Below, piece by piece: positions 60,841-64,000 of a DNA stretch of 64,000 nucleotides (within the stretch, counting starts at the first letter, position 1; each line of letters starts with the position of its first letter). Below the pieces are notes generated by a model, which did no database searches, was not told the origin of the DNA, and saw only the letters and a list, made by a program, of their open reading frames with translations. The position numbers and the translations under genes are program-made. The stretch is taken from positions 54,684,001-54,748,000 of the forward strand of contig CM126206.1 of assembly GCA_052327205.1 (NCBI GenBank). Direction: 5' to 3'. The stretch is from Somniosus microcephalus (taxonomy: Eukaryota).

Positions 60841-62911
60841 AATACGAGACTAACAGGCTTGTGGTGTTGAGGGGGTTGTCAGTTCAGGCGGTTTCTTTCT
60901 TATTTTTCTATTTTTGATGACCTGCTGTTCAAGTTAGCTGTTCCTTTTAGAGACAGAATACATCCTTGTGTCTGCCTTTTTATTTATTCCTCTGAATTAG
61001 AGGTAGAACTTTCCAATACTAAAGATGCTCTCAAGAGGTGTGATTAGGTAAATATTCTATAATTTTGTTTTCACTTATATTGGGTGTTGCTGCTTTCTAT
61101 CCACCTTTATTTCCCAGTTTACTAGAATACACATTTTAATTCTGGTATATACTTTTTGACTTCCTTCTCAAATCTTCTTTACCCATCACAACTGATTACC
61201 GTGAATGTTTTGCACGCAGCATGATTTTAGATTTTTCCCAGGGACACACCTTTTTGCATTGTCATAACTGCTTGAAAGGATTGTTTTAATCGTTCTTTAC
61301 ACTTAGAGAGGCATCTATCAGTATTGTATTTTCTGGGATGAAACTTTAATGGTTAATCTATAATTTAAGACCTGCACTGCTACCACTTCAAACCATTTTC
61401 ATGCTCAATAATGAAGCAGAATTTCTGTGCCAAAATGTTTATCTCGTACAATATTCCTTTCCATTGAATGTGTATTTATACATCATGTGTAACTTCTGTC
61501 TCCTTTGATTGATAAAAAAAAAAAAAAAAAAATGTATGTAAGTGTGGACCCTTTTGTATGTAGCTCGCAATTCTCCAGTCAAGTTGCTCACAATGAGTTG
61601 GATTTAGTGATTGAATTAGTGACTATGCTGATTTAGTGATTGAATAAGTCAAATTCACATTCCATTATCATTAAATGATAATTTGGGATTTTTACCTATG
61701 CTTTGCAAATCAAATTTCATCAATTTGTCCAGTATTGTGTGAAAACTGTAAATCAACCAGCGACCATTATTTTCATATGTTAGTGGATCTCCTGTGGCAT
61801 TGCTTGTAGTTAGTTGGAGGTTAGGAGGTACATTGCTCATGGTAAGTTGGAGGGTAGAATGGGGAAAGAGTTGGGATGAATTGGGTGTGCTTAATGTAAG
61901 GATCTTAAATGCAGGAATATTTTTTTTTAATTTTTTTTTTTTTTTTTAACATTAATGGATAAACTTATATGAATGTGCCACGGTGTTGCTAATTTTTGGT
62001 CACAGAATATGATCTGTATCTTGCGTGTCTGACTTTGTTTTGCTGATTCCTTCCGTCTTTCTTCTTCTAGTTTTTTGTATCTCTGTTTTTACTGGTTGTC
62101 TGTGTGCCCTCTGTTGCTTTTTTTTGTGGTCTTGTTTTGCAGTTCGTTTTGCATCCTGTTCTTCTCTCTTTTATTCCATTGCTTTTTCTCCATCTCTTCT
62201 TTTGTCAGTGGGAGGTGCAAACACCAGTTGGTGGGAGTTTGGAGTAGCAGTTGGCAAAGATACCTGATCAGGGTTGTAGGTACATTGGCAAATGGGAATG
62301 AACTGGCCAAAAAGGTACAGGTCAGCTTTGGGGTGATGGATCGTAACAGAGAACAGTGGCAGAAGGAAACACAAAGAGGCAGGAGGCGCATATACTGCTA
62401 TACTTGTATGTTGGTACAATTGGGCACAATAAGCACCTTACACATCTTATTGCTTTTGGTCTGAGCCACTGAATTTAAAATTGTCAAATTCTTGATCAAC
62501 TGTCCTAATGTTATCCCCCGACATGGCTTAAACACCCCTATTGCCATTGAATAGCAAATCCTCTGGCCCACCATAAGCAATGCCACAGGAGAACGACTAG
62601 TTAATAAAGAATTGCAGAAGCACAAATTAATTCCTAAATTAATGGAATAGTGAGCACACAAACAAATAACTAATTTATTGAGCAGCAAGCATCAGTGGAA
62701 TTAATAAATGAATAAACCAGTGAGCACAACAACAACTAATAAATTAATTTAGCACCAGGTCCACTGAATTAATAAATTACTTTTCCACCAGCAACAAAAC
62801 ACAGCTGATGTTAATCAGAGCTTTTCAAATTGCCTGAAAAACTTTCAAAATTAAATTAACTTTTTTTTTAAATGAAGAAAAAAATCAAATTAGGATAAGG
62901 GAAGACACTAT

Positions 62912-63531
62912 GGGGGAAAACTTCGGTTGCTTTGCGCCTCCAGTTAGCGCTAACTGCGAGGCGCAAAGCAACGAGCGCCCGGGCACGGCGCTGCCAACGC
63001 CTCCCGCGAAATTCAGCGGGAGGTTAGCGGCGGCGCTAACCGTTAGCACCCCACGGCGCTGGCGATCTTTGGTAGCGCCCCCGACTAACCACCGGACACT
63101 ATGTCCGACGGGATCAGGGGGGCCTACCTGCGGCTGGGTCAGCGCTATTTAAAGGAGGTGCAGGGCGGCCATTTTTGTTGCTGGCTGCCTGCCAGCACCT
63201 GCCGTACCCGGCCTCCTGACCCGCCACCCCCCACGGAGTGCCGGCTACGCTCCAAAGAGCCCGGCACTTCAAGAGCTGGGCTCTTTTGTCGGCACTCCGA
63301 TCCCCGGTGGCCCAGCTGGGCCCTGGGTCGCACTGTGCAAGGCCCCTCCCCTTTAAGAAGGGGAGAAACCTGCAATACCGCGACGCTGCAGCACACAACG
63401 CCACGATATTCCCTCGCAGCGCCCTAAGAGGGAGGCGGGGTGCGACCACTCAATTTCAGCCGCGGGGGCGCTAAAAGTAGTGTCCCGGCGAAGTTAGCGC
63501 CCCAAAGGGGGCGCGACTCAATTTTTCCCCC
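62912..63531. mobile_element. PIF/Harbinger-type MITE
   Basis: TIRs GGGGGAAAA / TTTTCCCCC, 3-bp TSD TAT; TAGCGCC subterminal repeats related to 1756-2449. Confidence 0.88.
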
Positions 63532-64000
63532 TATTTCTAGCTGAGCTTCACACTTTCTGAAGTAGAAATTAATGAATTTTATTTAAAAGTTTAATTGAAC
63601 ACTTATTCAAATTTATTGTTCAACTTGTATTCAAATCATAAAAACCATTAAAAACAAACAGAAAAACTATTATAAAGAGACACAATTTGACATTTCCACT
63701 GAACAAAAGCTGGAAAATGTCTTTGTTTCTGATACACAGCTCTTGTTTTAAGAAACAAAAGTGCTTATAATGCATTTTGTGAAATTTTGCACAGTGCATA
63801 TGTTAAGACTGTGGTAACTGCTTTCAGCTAACAGTCATGGCTCTGAAAAATACAAATCCAAGCCCAGGCTTTTTGGAGAGGCTGAGGCCTTCCAAGTAAA
63901 ACTTGACTAATGGGATTAAAACACACAAAAGACAGTTCAATTAATAAATACAATCATGTTGTGTTTTCATTTGCTTAAGACATTAGAAAGGTTTTCAGTG

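Overview
Vertebrate genomic DNA; the repeat repertoire (CR1 LINEs, DeuSINE, V-SINE-like, Penelope palindromes) suggests a cartilaginous fish. The whole window lies inside one minus-strand gene, CREM. Three exons are identifiable: the KID C-terminal exon (46260-46402), the Q2 exon (44268-44456) and the intronic ICER first exon (coding part 25580-25610) with its tandem CARE/CRE promoter. The RRPSY exon and the bZIP exons were not found and presumably lie outside the window. Most of the rest is nested transposable elements: three long CR1 LINEs, a full-length Mag-type Gypsy element inserted into one of them, an RTE inside another LINE, Harbinger/Tigger/hAT MITEs, a solo LTR, three Penelope-derived hammerhead-bearing inserts, and two head-to-tail Helitron-like elements carrying an antisense promoter-like cassette. 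Best leads: the ICER regulatory unit plus a second CRE/STAT/RUNX cluster, a candidate stop-restart micro-exon, inverted CR1 copies bracketing the KID+Q2 exons, and the promoter-bearing Helitrons. No clearly new biological system could be established from sequence alone. All coordinates and identities were read by eye.
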